From NCBI RefSeq assembly GCF_018350175.1, contig NC_058377.1, positions 107,384,001 to 107,448,000 of the forward strand: a stretch of 64,000 nt of DNA. Reading direction: 5' to 3'. Below are positions 33,437 through 46,297 of the stretch, piece after piece (within the stretch, counting starts at the first letter, position 1; each line of letters begins with the position of its first letter). The stretch comes from Felis catus (lineage: Eukaryota). The translations under genes were made by a program, and so were the position numbers. Under the pieces are notes generated by a model. That model saw nothing but the letters and a program-made list of their open reading frames with translations, had not been told where the DNA came from and made no database searches.

Positions 33437-36400
33437 ATGGGCATGCAGTTGGCTGGGCTGCGTCTTCTAGGTGGCAGGGCGGGCTCAGCTCTCGTCCGGG
33501 CGACTGCCATCGGGTCGGCTGCATCGGCGGCGGCGAGAGCAGGAGGGTATCGGCGACGAGGAGGGGAGTGGACGCTCGGAGGGGCCTGCGGTTTCAGAAG
33601 CGCCGCCCCAGCTATGGCCCCGATCAAGGTGACCGCTGGCCGGGCTCTGCCTGACCTCCCCTCCCGCCCGTCTTCCCAGTGTTCTCCGTCCCGGTGATCG
33701 GGAGGAGAATCACCCTCTTTCCTGCCCTCCGGACCGCTGCCCGCCGCGCTGGACTCTTCCGTAGTTCTCCCTCATCCCCTCAGCGAGACCCCGTGCATGC
33801 CCCATATCCACCCGTCCCCCTTTCACTTCCACCCTGCGACACCCTGTGACGGGTCTCCACCATTTTCAGGCGATTGAATACCATGGCCTCCTGCGCCTTC
33901 TGGAACCATCTCCTTTGTCCAGGGCCCCCTTTCAACCCCCATACATGTCCCTCCCCCCCAACCCCGTACCCTCTTGCACGTTTTTGTTCTATTGCAGGGC
34001 GTCGTTCTTCACCCATCGTTTGAGACAAGTGTTTTTTGTGAAAGCCAATATTGTGCCTCCCCCCATTCCACTTCTCCCGTGGCTAATTCCCACTCTTCTC
34101 CGAGTCTTTCACCCCTCATCTGGAACCATCCCCTGCTCCTTGCAACCACCCCCTCCTTCCCCTTCCACACTCTTCTGAGACCTCCTCCTCCCCCTGCTTA
34201 CTCTTCCTCCCAATCCCTGACACACCCTTCTTTTGCTTGCCTCCTCTGGCTCCACGAAGCCCTCACACACTCCCAGATAGACCGATCCATCCCTTTTGAG
34301 AGATTCCTTTTTAAAAAAACGTTCATTTATTTGTTTCTGAGAAAGAGAGAGTGGGGGAGAGACAGAGAGAGAGAGAGGGAGAAGCAGGCTGCACGCTTTT
34401 AGCATGGTGCCCGAATCGGGGCTCAAACTCACAAACCGTGAGATCGTGACCTGAGCAGAAATCATCAGTCCCACGCTTGACCAACTGAGCCACCCAGGTG
34501 CCCCGAGAGATTCCTTTTATTTTATACTTCCCTCCCAACCCCGTCTCCTCCCCTCCTCCCCTCCCCCCTCCCTACAGGCAACTTTCTCACCTTCCTTTGC
34601 CCTCCGTTTTCTCTTCCTGGGGGCTGGATGCTCAGACCTGGCCGGGGTCCTCTCCCTCCCTGTTGCCACGGTCTCCTCCTCACCCCCAAATGGAGCCCTT
34701 GCCCTTCCTCCCCTGCCCATTTATCCCACTTCATTATGGTCAGAAAAGTGGGTTGTTTACTCAATCCCTTGCAACACCCAGAGAGGCCCTCTCTCCCTTT
34801 TTCTGTTGTCACCAACAGGCTGGTAAAAGGAATAGGGCCACCTTGAAACCTGGGAGTAACTGGCGGGTGGGGGTGGGGGTGGGGAGGGGAGGGTCACAGG
34901 GAGGGACCTCTGGAAGCTTGGACAGGTGGGGACATTCCAACTCTATCAACTCTGCTCCACCAGGAGCAATTGCCAGGTCTGGTTTCTCCCTCTACCCTTG
35001 GCCTCCCTTATCCACCCCCTCATTTCCCTCCTCATCTAGTCAATCTCCCCTGGTAACTTACCAGGTAACCAACTAACTCCTTACCGAATCCTTCCCTCTA
35101 GGTAGGAGAGGCCATCCCTTCGGTGGAGGTTTTCGAAGGGGAACCTGGGAACAAGGTGAACCTGGCAGAGCTGTTCAAGGGCAAGAAGGGAGTGCTGTTT
35201 GGAGTCCCTGGGGCCTTTACCCCTGGCTGTTCCAAGGTGAGACCTGCCTTCTGGGACTCCGCAGTTGGAGTCTTGTGCCCACGTCTGTGTTGTTCGTCTG
35301 TGTTGTTCGTAGGTCTTCCGCGTAGTCCTAGGGCAGTTTGCTACAAGAGTATGCAGGTGAGGGGCCCCTGGGTGGCTTAGCCGGTTAAGCGTCCGGCTTG
35401 GGCTCAGGTCATGATCTCGCAGTTTGTGAGTTCAAGCCCCGCATCAGGCTCTGTGCTGACAGCTTGCTCCGAGCGTGGAGCCTGCTTCAGATTCTGTCTC
35501 CCTTTCTCTCTGCCCCTCTCCCATTCTCTCTCTCTCTCTCTCTCAAAAATAAACATTAAAAATCTTTTTTTAAAAAAAGCATGCAGGTGATGTGATGGTT
35601 AAGAAGGACACCAGAGCCTTCAGAAAACCTGGGGAGGCTGTGAAACAGTAGTGGTGCCAGGAATGTAGGAGAAAAGAATTTTGTAATCAAATCCAACATC
35701 TCTTATTGATTTCGGCGGCGAGGGGCTCTACGGAAGACACTTGGGACTGGGGTAAATAAACTATAGTCCTGTCCACGGGAAGTTCGTGGTGACCACAGAC
35801 CACTTAAGTTTGGATCCGAGCTTCCTTGTGGCCAAGGCAAGAAGGAAGTGTGGCTTACACGCTTCTCATTGTTGGATCAAAGGTGTCAGAGAGGGAAGTG
35901 AGGGTGGCCTGGAGATCAAGGGGAGGTTGAGGAGCCGAGGCAAGTATCCCTGGGCTGACCCTTCGTTTCCCCCTCCTAGACCCACCTACCAGGGTTTGTG
36001 GAGCAGGCTGAGGCTCTGAAGGCCAAAGGGGCCCAGGTGATAGCCTGTCTGAGCGTTAATGATGTCTTTGTCACCACAGAGTGGGGACGAGCTCACAACT
36101 CTGGAGGCAAGGTGAGGTGTGGGTGCTGTGGGGGGGGGGGCGGGTCATGGGCCAGGTGTGGGATTTTTCTTTTGACCTTTACTTCCTCCTTAGGTTAGGC
36201 TCTTGGCTGACCCCACAGGGGCCTTTGGGAAGGTGAGTGTACCCCTGCAACCCCCACCCTAGAGGGTGATCCCTCTGCCAGGCTTTGGATACAGGAACTT
36301 GGAGGCTAATATGGGGAGCAGCTGGGTGTGTGTGGGGTGGGGTGGGGGTAGTGCTTGGTCTGTTCTGGAAGATTCTAGGTCTTGTCTCTGCCTTCCCTTT

Positions 36401-36680
36401 TAGGAGACAGGTTTGTTACTAGATGATTCACTGGTGTCTCTCTTTGGAAACCGACGGCTCAAGAGGTAAGAGTGGGAGGGTCCCCCTGTGGGGTTCCCCT
36501 GCCGCCCCTCCAATCTCCATTCCCAGCCTCCAGGCCCAGGCCGCTGCAGTTGGCCTGGTCTCTCCTTCTGGCAGGTTCTCCATGGTGGTAGAGGATGGCG
36601 TAGTGAAGTCCTTGAATGTGGAACCGGATGGGACAGGCCTCACCTGCAGCCTGGCCTCCAACATCATCTCGCAGCTCTGA
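33437..36680 (+). CDS. PRDX5: Peroxiredoxin-5 (mitochondrial precursor 221 aa; short form from ATG 33614)
   Basis: Exons 33437-33628, 35102-35236, 35980-36111, 36194-36232, 36404-36465, 36575-36680. Contains peroxidatic motif PGAFTPGCSKTHLPG, resolving Cys in GLTCSL, C-terminal SQL (PTS1), and an Arg/Ala/Gly-rich leader before MAPIK. Confidence 0.97.
34311..34504 (-). mobile_element. CanSINE in PRDX5 intron 1
   Basis: Duplication GAGAGATTCCTTTT on both sides. Confidence 0.9.
35361..35578 (+). mobile_element. CanSINE in PRDX5 intron 2
   Basis: Head GGGGCCCCTGGGTGGCT, CT tract, duplication AG(T/C)ATGCAGGTGA. Confidence 0.92.
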
Positions 36681-36805
36681 GACCCTGGGCCCAGACATAC
36701 TCTTTCTCCCCTTCCCAGTCTCACCTGCGCAGCCCCGGACAGAGGGCGCCAGTCCAAACCCAAGAGGGGCCAGTTCCCTGATGGGAACTTGGACCAAAGT
36801 TCTGC

Positions 36806-36811
36806 AATAAA
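36806..36811 (+). terminator. PRDX5 polyadenylation signal
   Basis: AATAAA about 125 nt after the stop codon, with GT-rich sequence downstream. Confidence 0.8.
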
Positions 36812-37117
36812 CATTTCTCGTTCACCTTTACTCCTTGGTTGTGTATTGCTGGTTGGTGAGGGCCAGGCCTGACCACAGTCACGGCTGTGAGACTATGGGC
36901 AGCGGCTGAAGGGGTGCTAATGGGGGACCCTGATGTAATTGAGGAGACAGTCGGGGAGAGCCTTTGAGTGAAGTGTTAGGAAGCAGAGAAAGGGCCAGTG
37001 GTCTGAAAAACAAGGCAAAGAACGGTCAGTGCAGAGGGAGTGTTCTGGAAGGGCTCTAGGCGGACAGAGCTTGGCTCGCAGCCATGGTTTGATCTCTGGG
37101 TATTGGCTGATCTCACT

Positions 37118-37285
37118 TAAAATGTTTATTTACTTTTGAGAGAGGAGAGAGAGACAGAATCCGAAGCAGGCTCCAGGCTCCGAGCTGTCAGCACAGAGCC
37201 CGACGCGGGGCTCGAACGCACAAACCGCGAGATCGCAACCTGAGCCAGGTCGGGCGCCTAACCGACTGAGCCGCCCAGGCGACCC
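37118..37285 (-). mobile_element. CanSINE
   Basis: Duplication TTGGCTGATCTCA on both sides. Confidence 0.9.
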
Positions 37286-39406
37286 TTGGCTGATCTCATT
37301 CAGACCCTAAACCTTAAGGTGGGAGCTTTGGCTCGAGGCACCCACACCACCTGGGCCAAGCTTTAGCCCCACCGTTCTCGTAGATTCTGTCGAACCCCTC
37401 CCGGGAGCACCCTCAGCGCGAAAGGGCTCTTGGCGCCTTGAGACCACCTGACGGGCACAGAGGGCACCGTCTCTGGGGGCAGTACTGATTGAGTCCAGGA
37501 GAGCTTCCCGGGAGGGGAGTCTAGGTGAGCTGTGTGGGGAAGAAGATGCCGGTGAGGCCTGACCAGTGCTGGGTGTCCTGGGAGGGGCTGGGGGTCAGGG
37601 AGGCCATTGCTATCTCCGGGCCCTGCCTTCGGGGCTTCTGCCTTTTGTCCCTGGGCAGCCTTGCACTTGGCAGCGGGCGGGATTACTAGGCCCCTGCTGT
37701 GTTTAGGAGCATAGTCCTAAGGAGGGCAGATACTTAGAACTGCGGGTTCAGATGTAGTCATCCAGTGGGGAGTAAGCTGTTACTGCCCTGTTCCGGCTCA
37801 GAGACTTTAAGCAAATGGGCCCAGCTCTTTCAGCCACTTCAGAGGAGCTCGGATTGGAGCCAGTCACTTGGCCGCAGGGCAGGCATGGGTGTGGGCCTTA
37901 CTCACCGTGCGGAACTGCCTGGCCCTGTGCCTTCCCTGCGGCGGCGGCGCAACCCCCAGAGCTGGTCAGGGCAGGCCACCCTTCCTGAGAGGCTGGGGAG
38001 AAGGTCGGGGAGGGGGAGGAGGGTACGACCTGGAGGCAGTGGCTTCGAGGCCTTCTGGCAGAGGAAAGGAACAGTGTGGCCACAGGTATGGAGAGCAGAA
38101 CAGCCCAGCCACCAGCAGCGCAGAGAGCAGCGCTGCGAGACGGGGGCAGGGAGGGCAGGGGAACCTTCTAGACCTTGGGCAGTAGGCTGCTTACCTTTCA
38201 CCCTGTGGCCACCTCAGGCCAGCGAAGGATTTCTGTGCGGCAGCGACAGGTGAGTGTCATACCTGGGCTCCCATGCGGGGAGGGGTGAGGCAGAGCCGGA
38301 TTGGGGGCAGGGCGAAGCGGCGAGTGGTAGGTAATACAGGGGAGGATGCCCATGATGGATGATGGCGGCAGGGAGGTGGGGGCTGGGACGTGGAAACCTG
38401 TTGGACGATGGGAGGGAGGGCGAGTCCGGGGGGCCACCGGCTGGAGGTCTGGGGGCCGGGTCGTAGAGGTGGTGTTGTGTGAAGGGGGCACTCAGCAGGG
38501 GGACCACCTCCCTACCAGAGATGGCCCACCCACTGACCTTTGTCCCTTCAAATCCCACAACTTGCCGCCCCTTGGGGGTCCGTGGGCTGGGGCAGGGCAA
38601 GGGGCCTCCCTCCCTCCAGTTTCCCAATCCCTCATAATCTCCCTCTACCAAGCTCCTGCTCACAGCCCTGTCCTCGATGACACGACAGCAGAAAGGGCCT
38701 TGCTTGTCTGGACACCGTCCCCCTGAGTCTTTTCGTTATACAAGTGAGAGTTTCCCCAGGGTCACCTGTGTGCGCCCCAGCGAGTGGTCTCGAGCCTCCT
38801 GAGAGCCGCAGGTGGAGACAGCACCCAAGTCAGCGGCTGGGCTCTCGGAGCCTCTTGGAAATGGCTGGCCAACGGCTCCCCCACGGGCTGCGGGCCCTAT
38901 GTCTCTTCCCTGCAGCCCCTCGCCATCAGGGCAAGCTGAGTCTCTGTCGCTAGCCCTCAGTGGCCTCTGAGGGGGCTTCCAGGGCCTTGGTGGCCCCTTT
39001 GGTCCGCAGGGATGAGAGTCAGGTGCGAGTGGAGGTGGCCATACATCTCAGCTTGCTCGGGTGCCTGGTGTCCTGGGAGAGGCCCTAGATACCGGAGGGC
39101 CTGAGATTAACGACCACATTGTAAGAGAATCTGGTAGAGAGCCCCATCTCCAGGGCAGACCGACTGTGTTTCAGGCCTGTAGACAAGGGCAGGGCAGGCC
39201 AGGGCCAGCAGGTTCTGGAGGCCCGGGGCTGGGCCTGGCAGGGCAGTGGGCATGAGCCGCCTGGGCTTCCAGTCCTTCCAGAAATTTCAGGTGAGCCCCC
39301 ACCTCCACCTGAGAGGCATTATACAGAGTAGGGTCAGACCTCCTCAGGCAGGCTATTTAGGTTCCCTGGCCCCACTTTCCTTATCTTTAAAGTAGGACTA
39401 ATCATA

Positions 39407-39553
39407 GGGGTGCCTGGGGGGCTCAGTCAATTAAGTGTCTGACTTCAGCTCGGGTCATGATCTCGTGATCCATGGGTTCGAGCCCCAGCTCGGAGCCTGG
39501 AGCCTGCTAAGGATTCGGGGTCTTCCTCTCTCTCTCTGCCCCTCCCCCACTCA

Positions 39554-39610
<57 letters not shown>

Positions 39611-39634
39611 AAATAAATAAACCTCAAAAAAAAA
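39407..39634 (+). mobile_element. CanSINE with long (CT)n, inserted in MIR-like sequence
   Basis: Duplication AAAGTAGGA(C/A)TAATC. Confidence 0.9.
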
Positions 39635-40354
39635 AGTAGGAATAATCCAACCCACCTCATAGAGTTGTTGAGGGGAACAGATGAGAGTTACGTAAAGCAC
39701 TGGGCACAGTGCCTGGCATGCAGTCAGAACCCAAAACATGGTTAAAAAGAGAAAAAGAACACAGAAAGAATTCTTTCTCTCCACCATGCAAGCCTGCATG
39801 TGGATAGAGAAAGGGCTGGGAGTTAGGAGAGAGGTCAAACCTCAGTCCTGTCATCTGTGATTCCCGTGACTATGCCTCTCCAGGCCTCAGTTTTCTCATC
39901 AGTATAATGGGCTAGTGACTCTCTTATCCATATTATGTAGGTCCTCAGGATTCTCCATACATTGTCTGACGCCTGAAGCCTCACAGGTTAAGGAGGTAAG
40001 GGGTTGGGAAAGCATCCCCAGCGGTTGTCTCGGCCAGGCCCTAGAGTCAGGCGTGAGCTTCTGAGAGAAAGAGAGGGTTGGAGGGGTGCGGCATTCCTGG
40101 CCCAGACCAGGTTTGGGCTGTAGTTAGGAAGGTACCATGATCGGGAGGGTATTGACCCCAAGGGGGAACCACCTTACTGGTCATAGTTGAGCTTTGGCCA
40201 CATGGATGTTGAGACGGTAGAGACAGAAAATTGTGTGTGTGCGTGTGTGTGTGTGTGTGTTTATACAGCTGCAAACGTTTGGATAACATCTGCGTGAATG
40301 CACAGATTTTTGGTGCTAATCAACATGCATATCAATCTGCCATCTTTGAAAACA

Positions 40355-40817
40355 TTTTTTTAAACATTTATTTATTTTTGAGAGACAGAGACAGAGCATG
40401 ATCAGGGGAGGGGCAGAGAGAAGGAGGCACAGAACCCGAAGCAGGCTCCAGGCTCTGAGCTGTCAGCGCAGAGCCCGACGCGGGGCTCCAACTCATGGAC
40501 CGTGAGATCATCATCTGACCTGAAATCAAGAGTTGGACGCTTAACTGACTGAGCCACCCAGGCGCCCCGTAAAACCCACTCTTTAAAAGGGCACAGTTGA
40601 GGGGCGCTTGGGTGGCTCGGTCAGTTAAGCGGCCGACGTCGGCTCAGGTCATGATCTCGCGGTCCGTGAGTTCGAGCCCTGTGTCAGGCTCTGTGCTGAC
40701 GGCTCAGAGCCTGGAGCCTGTTTCGGGTTCTGTGTCTCCCTCTCTCTGACCCTCCCCTGTTCATGCTCTGTCTCTCCCTGTCTCAAAAATAAATAAAACG
40801 TTAAAAAAAAATTTAAA
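40355..40817. mobile_element. Head-to-head CanSINE pair (about 40355-40568 minus; 40600-40817 plus)
   Basis: Two SINE heads about 30 bp apart on opposite strands. Confidence 0.92.
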
Positions 40818-42594
40818 AGAGCACAGTTGAGTGGTTGGTTAGTCTATTGACCAAGTCGTATAACCGTCACCACTAGAGTGACAGATCTTGAATTTTGGTG
40901 GCTTCTGAGTGATGCCCGTGTGCACACCCTTATTTGGTTATGACAGGCACGTTCGGCCTTCTGGAGGTGCTGCTCGCCCCCACGTGGCCCTACGGTCACA
41001 TCGGGTGTCTTGCTTGACCCCCACCCCCCACCCGAGGGTCATCTCGGGGCCACGTGCTGTGCTGGGCTCCAGGGACAGGGCGCCGAGGGCTCTGGGCACG
41101 GGCCCTGCCGGCACCACGTCGAGGTGGGACTCCAGACACTGAGGTCCTGTCCTAAGGGAGCTGGCCCTGCCACCACAGCTCCATGCTTGCCTCGATGCGT
41201 TTGGGGTATGACAGAAGGACTCTGCCCACTGGCCCGCCCCGCCACGGGGTAAGGGAGGGGAAAACGGCTTCTGTCTGTGGCTAAAAGATGGATAGACAAC
41301 GCGAACAGAGGCAGGAAGGGTCTTCTAGGTGGCGGGAACAGCCTCGTTAAAGCCCAAAGGTGCGGGAGAGGAACGAGGTCTGGGCTGAGCAGACCAGGTG
41401 AGGGCAGGGATGGGATTTCATCCAGAGGCCACAGCTTAGCTGGCTTCCCTCGGTGGACACGGGGGTGTCTCCGGTGTTTGGCGAGGGGAGGCTTCCGACA
41501 CTTTCTCTTTTCGTTTCTTCTTGGGCTCCTTCCTCGGGGAGCGTTCCCAAATGCTAGAGTGTTGGGTCCAAGGGCTCTGGAAACTCTGAGGCCGTTTTGA
41601 CAGCCATCAGTGACGTGGGCTTCTCTCCTCACCGTGTGCCAACCCGAGCTTTACCTTGTGGGTTTATTTTTGCCAGCTTGATGGATAGCTCATGGTCTCT
41701 TGGAGCTGCCTTTAATGTGCGCGTCTTTAATTACGAGTGAGGCTGGCACCCGTGGGGCTTGGTGCTGCTCCTCCTGTGCCTGCTAACTGGGTGCCGGCCT
41801 CCCACCTTGCTCCCCCCAGCATCCCCAAGGCAGTGGGGGAGCGAGGGGAGGGGATGCAGCTTTTGGAGTCCTCCAAGAAATGCTGGCTTTACCCTTAACT
41901 GTGCTGGCTCCCACCCCCTCGCGCTGAGCCTCACTTTCCTGATCTCTGAAATAGGAATTCGTCTGTTCAGAAGCATTAATGCGGCCGCCTTCTGCAGTTT
42001 GGCTCCTCCTCTTCCTGGCTGTGTGACCTTAGGCAAGCGACTTAACCTCTCTGTGTGTCAGTTTCTTCCTCACCAAAGGGGGGTGATAATAATAGCCCCG
42101 GTATTTTACACACCCACGGAGGAGGGGACTGAGCGGTGAATCCACGTGAAGGACAGAGCACGGGGGAAGTGGTCGGTGCCCGTCGGGGCGCTCACGCGGG
42201 CACAGCGCACAAACAGAGAGGATGTAGAGTGAGATAGGCTATTAGGGAAAAGGACCGGGGTCTTTAGAAAAGGAAAATCTCTTCCGAGAAACAGGCCATC
42301 AAAGCAAGACCAGCAGGGTGAGAAGGAGCCAGACAGGGGGAGAGGGAGGGAGGGTGTGTGTGTGTGTGTTGGGGGGGGGGGGTTCGGGTTGGAGAAACAG
42401 CACATTCGAAGGTGTCCAGGGTGGGAGGCTGAGGAAGCCGAGAGGGCCCTGCGCCAGAGGAGGTGGGGAGAAGCCAAAGGGATCAGGCTGTGGACAGCTG
42501 GGGCCACTCGGCAGGGCCTCGGAGGTCCTGGTGAGAGGGTGGAACTTGATTCTTGATTCTTGAGAGGGTGGCACAGGGAGAAGCCATGGGAGGG

Positions 42595-42824
42595 TTTTTT
42601 TTTTTTTTTAATTTTTTTTTCAACGTTTATTTATTTTTGGGACAGAGAGAGACAGAGCATGAACGGGGGAGGGGCAGAGAGAGAGGGAGACACAGAATCG
42701 GAAACAGGCTCCAGGCTCCGAGCCATCAGCCCAGAGCCCGACGCGGGGCTCGAACTCCCGGACCGCGAGATCGTGACCTGGCTGAAGTCGGACGCTTAAC
42801 CGACTGCGCCACCCAGGCGCCCCC
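42595..42824 (-). mobile_element. Young CanSINE with target-site duplication ATGGGAGGGTTTT
   Basis: CpG-intact body and long poly-T. Confidence 0.95.
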
Positions 42825-44299
42825 ATGGGAGGGTTTTAAGCCGGAAAAGGTCATGAGGCAGTAGTTCCAAGAGACTCCTTGGGCGCTGGGTGGAGACGGG
42901 CTGGAGGAGGACTGGAGCTCGCGTCTGCCTGGGTAAGAGTCTCAGGATGAGGCCGGGTGAGTGCGCCCCCCCCCCCCCGACCCCCAGGAGTGTGGGGGCA
43001 CCCTGGGGAGAGCAAGGCAAGTGTCAGGTGGTGGCGGCTGGACTGTGGCATGCTCTCTTTGGCTGCTGGGGCCCAGGTCCTGCAGGTGGCTCCCCGAGTC
43101 CCCAGGGACCTGGCCCCGCACTTGGGTGCATGGCCCTGGGTCCCGCCCTCCCTGGCTCTGGCTTCCCGCTGCCTCCTCCCTCCTTGGCGGCTGGTTCCGG
43201 CCGCTCCGCTGGGCATTTCTGCAATTGCCCAACTCTGCCTCAGCTACTTCCACCCCCAAGTGGCAGAGAGGAAAACCATCCCTTCTTAGAGGCTTGGGGG
43301 AGGGGGAGGGAGTCCCTCAGACCCAACACCAGAAGGCCAGGTGCCCAGAAGGCCCTGGAGGCTGTGTTTTCTCTTTAATTCTTGAGTCCTGAATCTTCTG
43401 CTGAGGGAACTGGGCTCCTGGAGGGCCTCGGAGGCACCAGGTGGGGCTCTGGGCCTGCTGCAGGCAGGGAGCAAAAGTGGCTCTCTGACTCAGCCCTGGT
43501 GGGTCCCAGGCTCCGGCTGGACCTGGCCACCACTTGCCTGGCCTCCCTGGACTCTGCTTCCTCGAACGCCAGAGCCCTCCTGCCTCTGGCCTTTGGGGTT
43601 GGACCAGGGCTATCCAGAGAATTCAAAACCAGAAGGGAACTGGGAGATGGGAGATGCGATCCCTCCCACTCCTATCCTGTGCTGAGCCCCGGCGTGGGGT
43701 GGGGGTGGGGGGGCGGGATTGCAGGTGACTACGTTGTCCGTTTGTCTGTCTGTCATTCTCTGCTTCTCGGGCTGCCTCCCGTGGATCCCCATGCCGGCAG
43801 TCGTGGGTATTGGACTTGCTTAAAAACTTCCAGAAAAAGATATCTGAGAAGGGGAGCCGTTGTAGCACCGCAGATATTTAGAATATTTGTCAACAAGACA
43901 GAGTTTAAATGGTGATGGAATAGCAACGCAGCAGAATACCACGTCGCCATTAAAAAGGCCAAGGCCAATGGCTCTGAAGAGAAATGAAGCAGATTGTAAA
44001 ATATTTTGCGAAGCACGGAGGTGCACAGCCCTGCGTGTGTGGTTGTATCCACCTGTTACAGACGGACGTGAGCAGCCGCATCTCAGAAATGACATAGAAC
44101 ATGCTAACGGGGGGGGGGGGGTCAGAGGGTAGGGGTTGGCAGTGATGAGGGCGAGACTTGGTTTCTTTTCTGTACCTTTACGCAGTCTCGACGTTTTTGA
44201 TCACGGGTCTGAAAAAACTTTATTTTATTATTTTTATTTATTTTATTTTTTCATCTATTTCTTGTTAAAGTTTTCTGTGTGGGCACATTTTCTTTCCCT

Positions 44300-44837
44300 T
44301 TTTTTTTTAATTTTTGTTTTTTAAATTTATTTATTTTTTAATTTATGTCCAGTTAGCATAGAGGGCAACGATGATTTCAGGAGTAGATTCCTTAATGCCC
44401 CTGACCCATTTAGCCCCTCCCCCCTCCCACAACCCCTCCAGAACCCTCCATTTGGTCTCCATACTTAAGAGTCTCCTATGTTTTGTCCCCCTCCCTGTTT
44501 TTATACTATTTTTGCTTCCCTCCCCTCATGTTCATCTGCTTTGTCTCTTAAAGTCATCATATGAGTGAAGTCATATTTGTTTTTCTCTAATTTCACTTAG
44601 CATAATACCTTCCAGTTCCATCCATGTAGTTGCAAATGGCAAGATATTCTTTTTGATTGCCGAGTAATACTCCATTGTACCTATATCCCATATCTTCTTT
44701 ACCCATTCATCCATCGATGGACATTTGGGCTCTTTCCATACTTTGGCTATTGTCGATTAGTGCTGCTATAAACATGGGGTGCATGTGTCCCTTCGAAACA
44801 GCACACCCGTATCCCTTGGATAAATGCCTAGTCGTGC
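44300..44837 (-). mobile_element. LINE-1 3' end (carnivore L1), truncated by a gap
   Basis: T-rich tail followed by typical L1 3'UTR/ORF2-end antisense text (ccatccatgtagttgcaaatggcaagat; tgctgctataaacatggggg). Confidence 0.85.
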
Positions 44838-45008
44838 NNNNNNNNNNNNNNNNNNNNNNNNNNNNNNNNNNNNNNNNNNNNNNNNNNNNNNNNNNNNNNN
44901 NNNNNNNNNNNNNNNNNNNNNNNNNNNNNNNNNNNNNNNNNNNNNNNNNNNNNNNNNNNNNNNNNNNNNNNNNNNNNNNNNNNNNNNNNNNNNNNNNNNN
45001 NNNNNNNN

Positions 45009-45161
45009 GCAGAGAGAGAGAGGGAGACACAGAATCCGAGGCAGGCTCCAGGCTCTGGGCTGTCAGCACAGAACCCGATGCGGGGCTCGAACTCGTGAAC
45101 CTCGAGATCACGACCTGAGCCGAAGTTGGAGGCTTAATCGACAGACCCACCCAGGTGCCCC
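45009..45161 (-). mobile_element. CanSINE (tail in gap)
   Basis: Reverse-complement SINE head and body. Confidence 0.9.
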
Positions 45162-45984
45162 TGAAAAAAATATTACAGGAGAAATCCAGTGGAAGGGAAG
45201 GGACCCCTGCTGGACTCTGGTGAACATCCCTCAACAGCACTGAGCCTTGAGATCCCAGGATCTCTTTGTCATCTGATGAGGAAGCCCGTCCCCAGCTCCC
45301 ACTCTCCCCAAAGCCTCCCTCTGCCTGACTCAGGCGAACCAAGTCAGAGAACCAAATTGAGATGCAGCCATGCGTGTGTGGAGTGACAGATGTGAAAGCA
45401 ATCGGTGACACGGTCCCTACCTCCGAGGCTTGAGGAAGGGTGTGACTGGGAGATGTTGAGCAAGCCAGGGGCCCTCCGCCGCCAGGGGACGAGGCCTAGT
45501 CACCCTAGTCTGGGTGCTTGGCTCACCCAGAGCAGGTGCTCCCGGAGGACTTCCCAGGCTGGAATCTTTAGGGAATGCAAATAGGCGTAAGATTCACAGG
45601 GGGTCAAATCTGGATGGACCCTTGATATTATTAATATTAAACATAACAACCACACCAGGGACCATTTAATGAACGCTCCGGCTGGGCACCAGTTCATGGA
45701 ATCCTCGTAACAACTCTCAGGGAGGATTATCTGCATTTCCCAATGCGTCTCAGGAGTGTCAAGCAAAGGGATGTGCTCCTCTGTTAACAACCCTGCACGG
45801 CTTCCCGTTGCCTGATGAGACCTGGCTCGCCTTGACCGTGAGCCCCTTGCTCCTTACACGCTGGCCCCACGGCCTTCTTTTGGTTGGTTCTACCACTCGA
45901 TAGCTGTGTGGCTTTGGGCAAGTTATTAACCTCTCTGAATCTCAGTTTCCTCCTCTGTACATTGGAGATAACCCTTGGTCCTCA

Positions 45985-46200
45985 TTTTTTTTTTTAATGT
46001 TTATTTATTTTTGACAGAGAGAGAGAGACAGAGCATGAGCGGGCGAGGGGCAGAGAGAGAGGGAGCCACAGAATCCGAAGCAGGCTCCGGGCTCCGAGCT
46101 GTCAGCACAGAGCCCAACACGGGGCTCGAACCCACAGACCATGAGATCATGACCTGAGCCAAAGTCGGACGCTCAACCTACTGAGCCACCCGGGCGCCCC
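45985..46200 (-). mobile_element. CanSINE
   Basis: Reverse-complement full element. Confidence 0.92.
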
Positions 46201-46297
46201 GCCTTGAGTTCAATACAGAGTAGTCAACGAACGTAAAGTACTCGTACCCATGACTGGCTCGTGGCAAACCTGTGTTTGTCAAGGTTGTTTTTATCGG

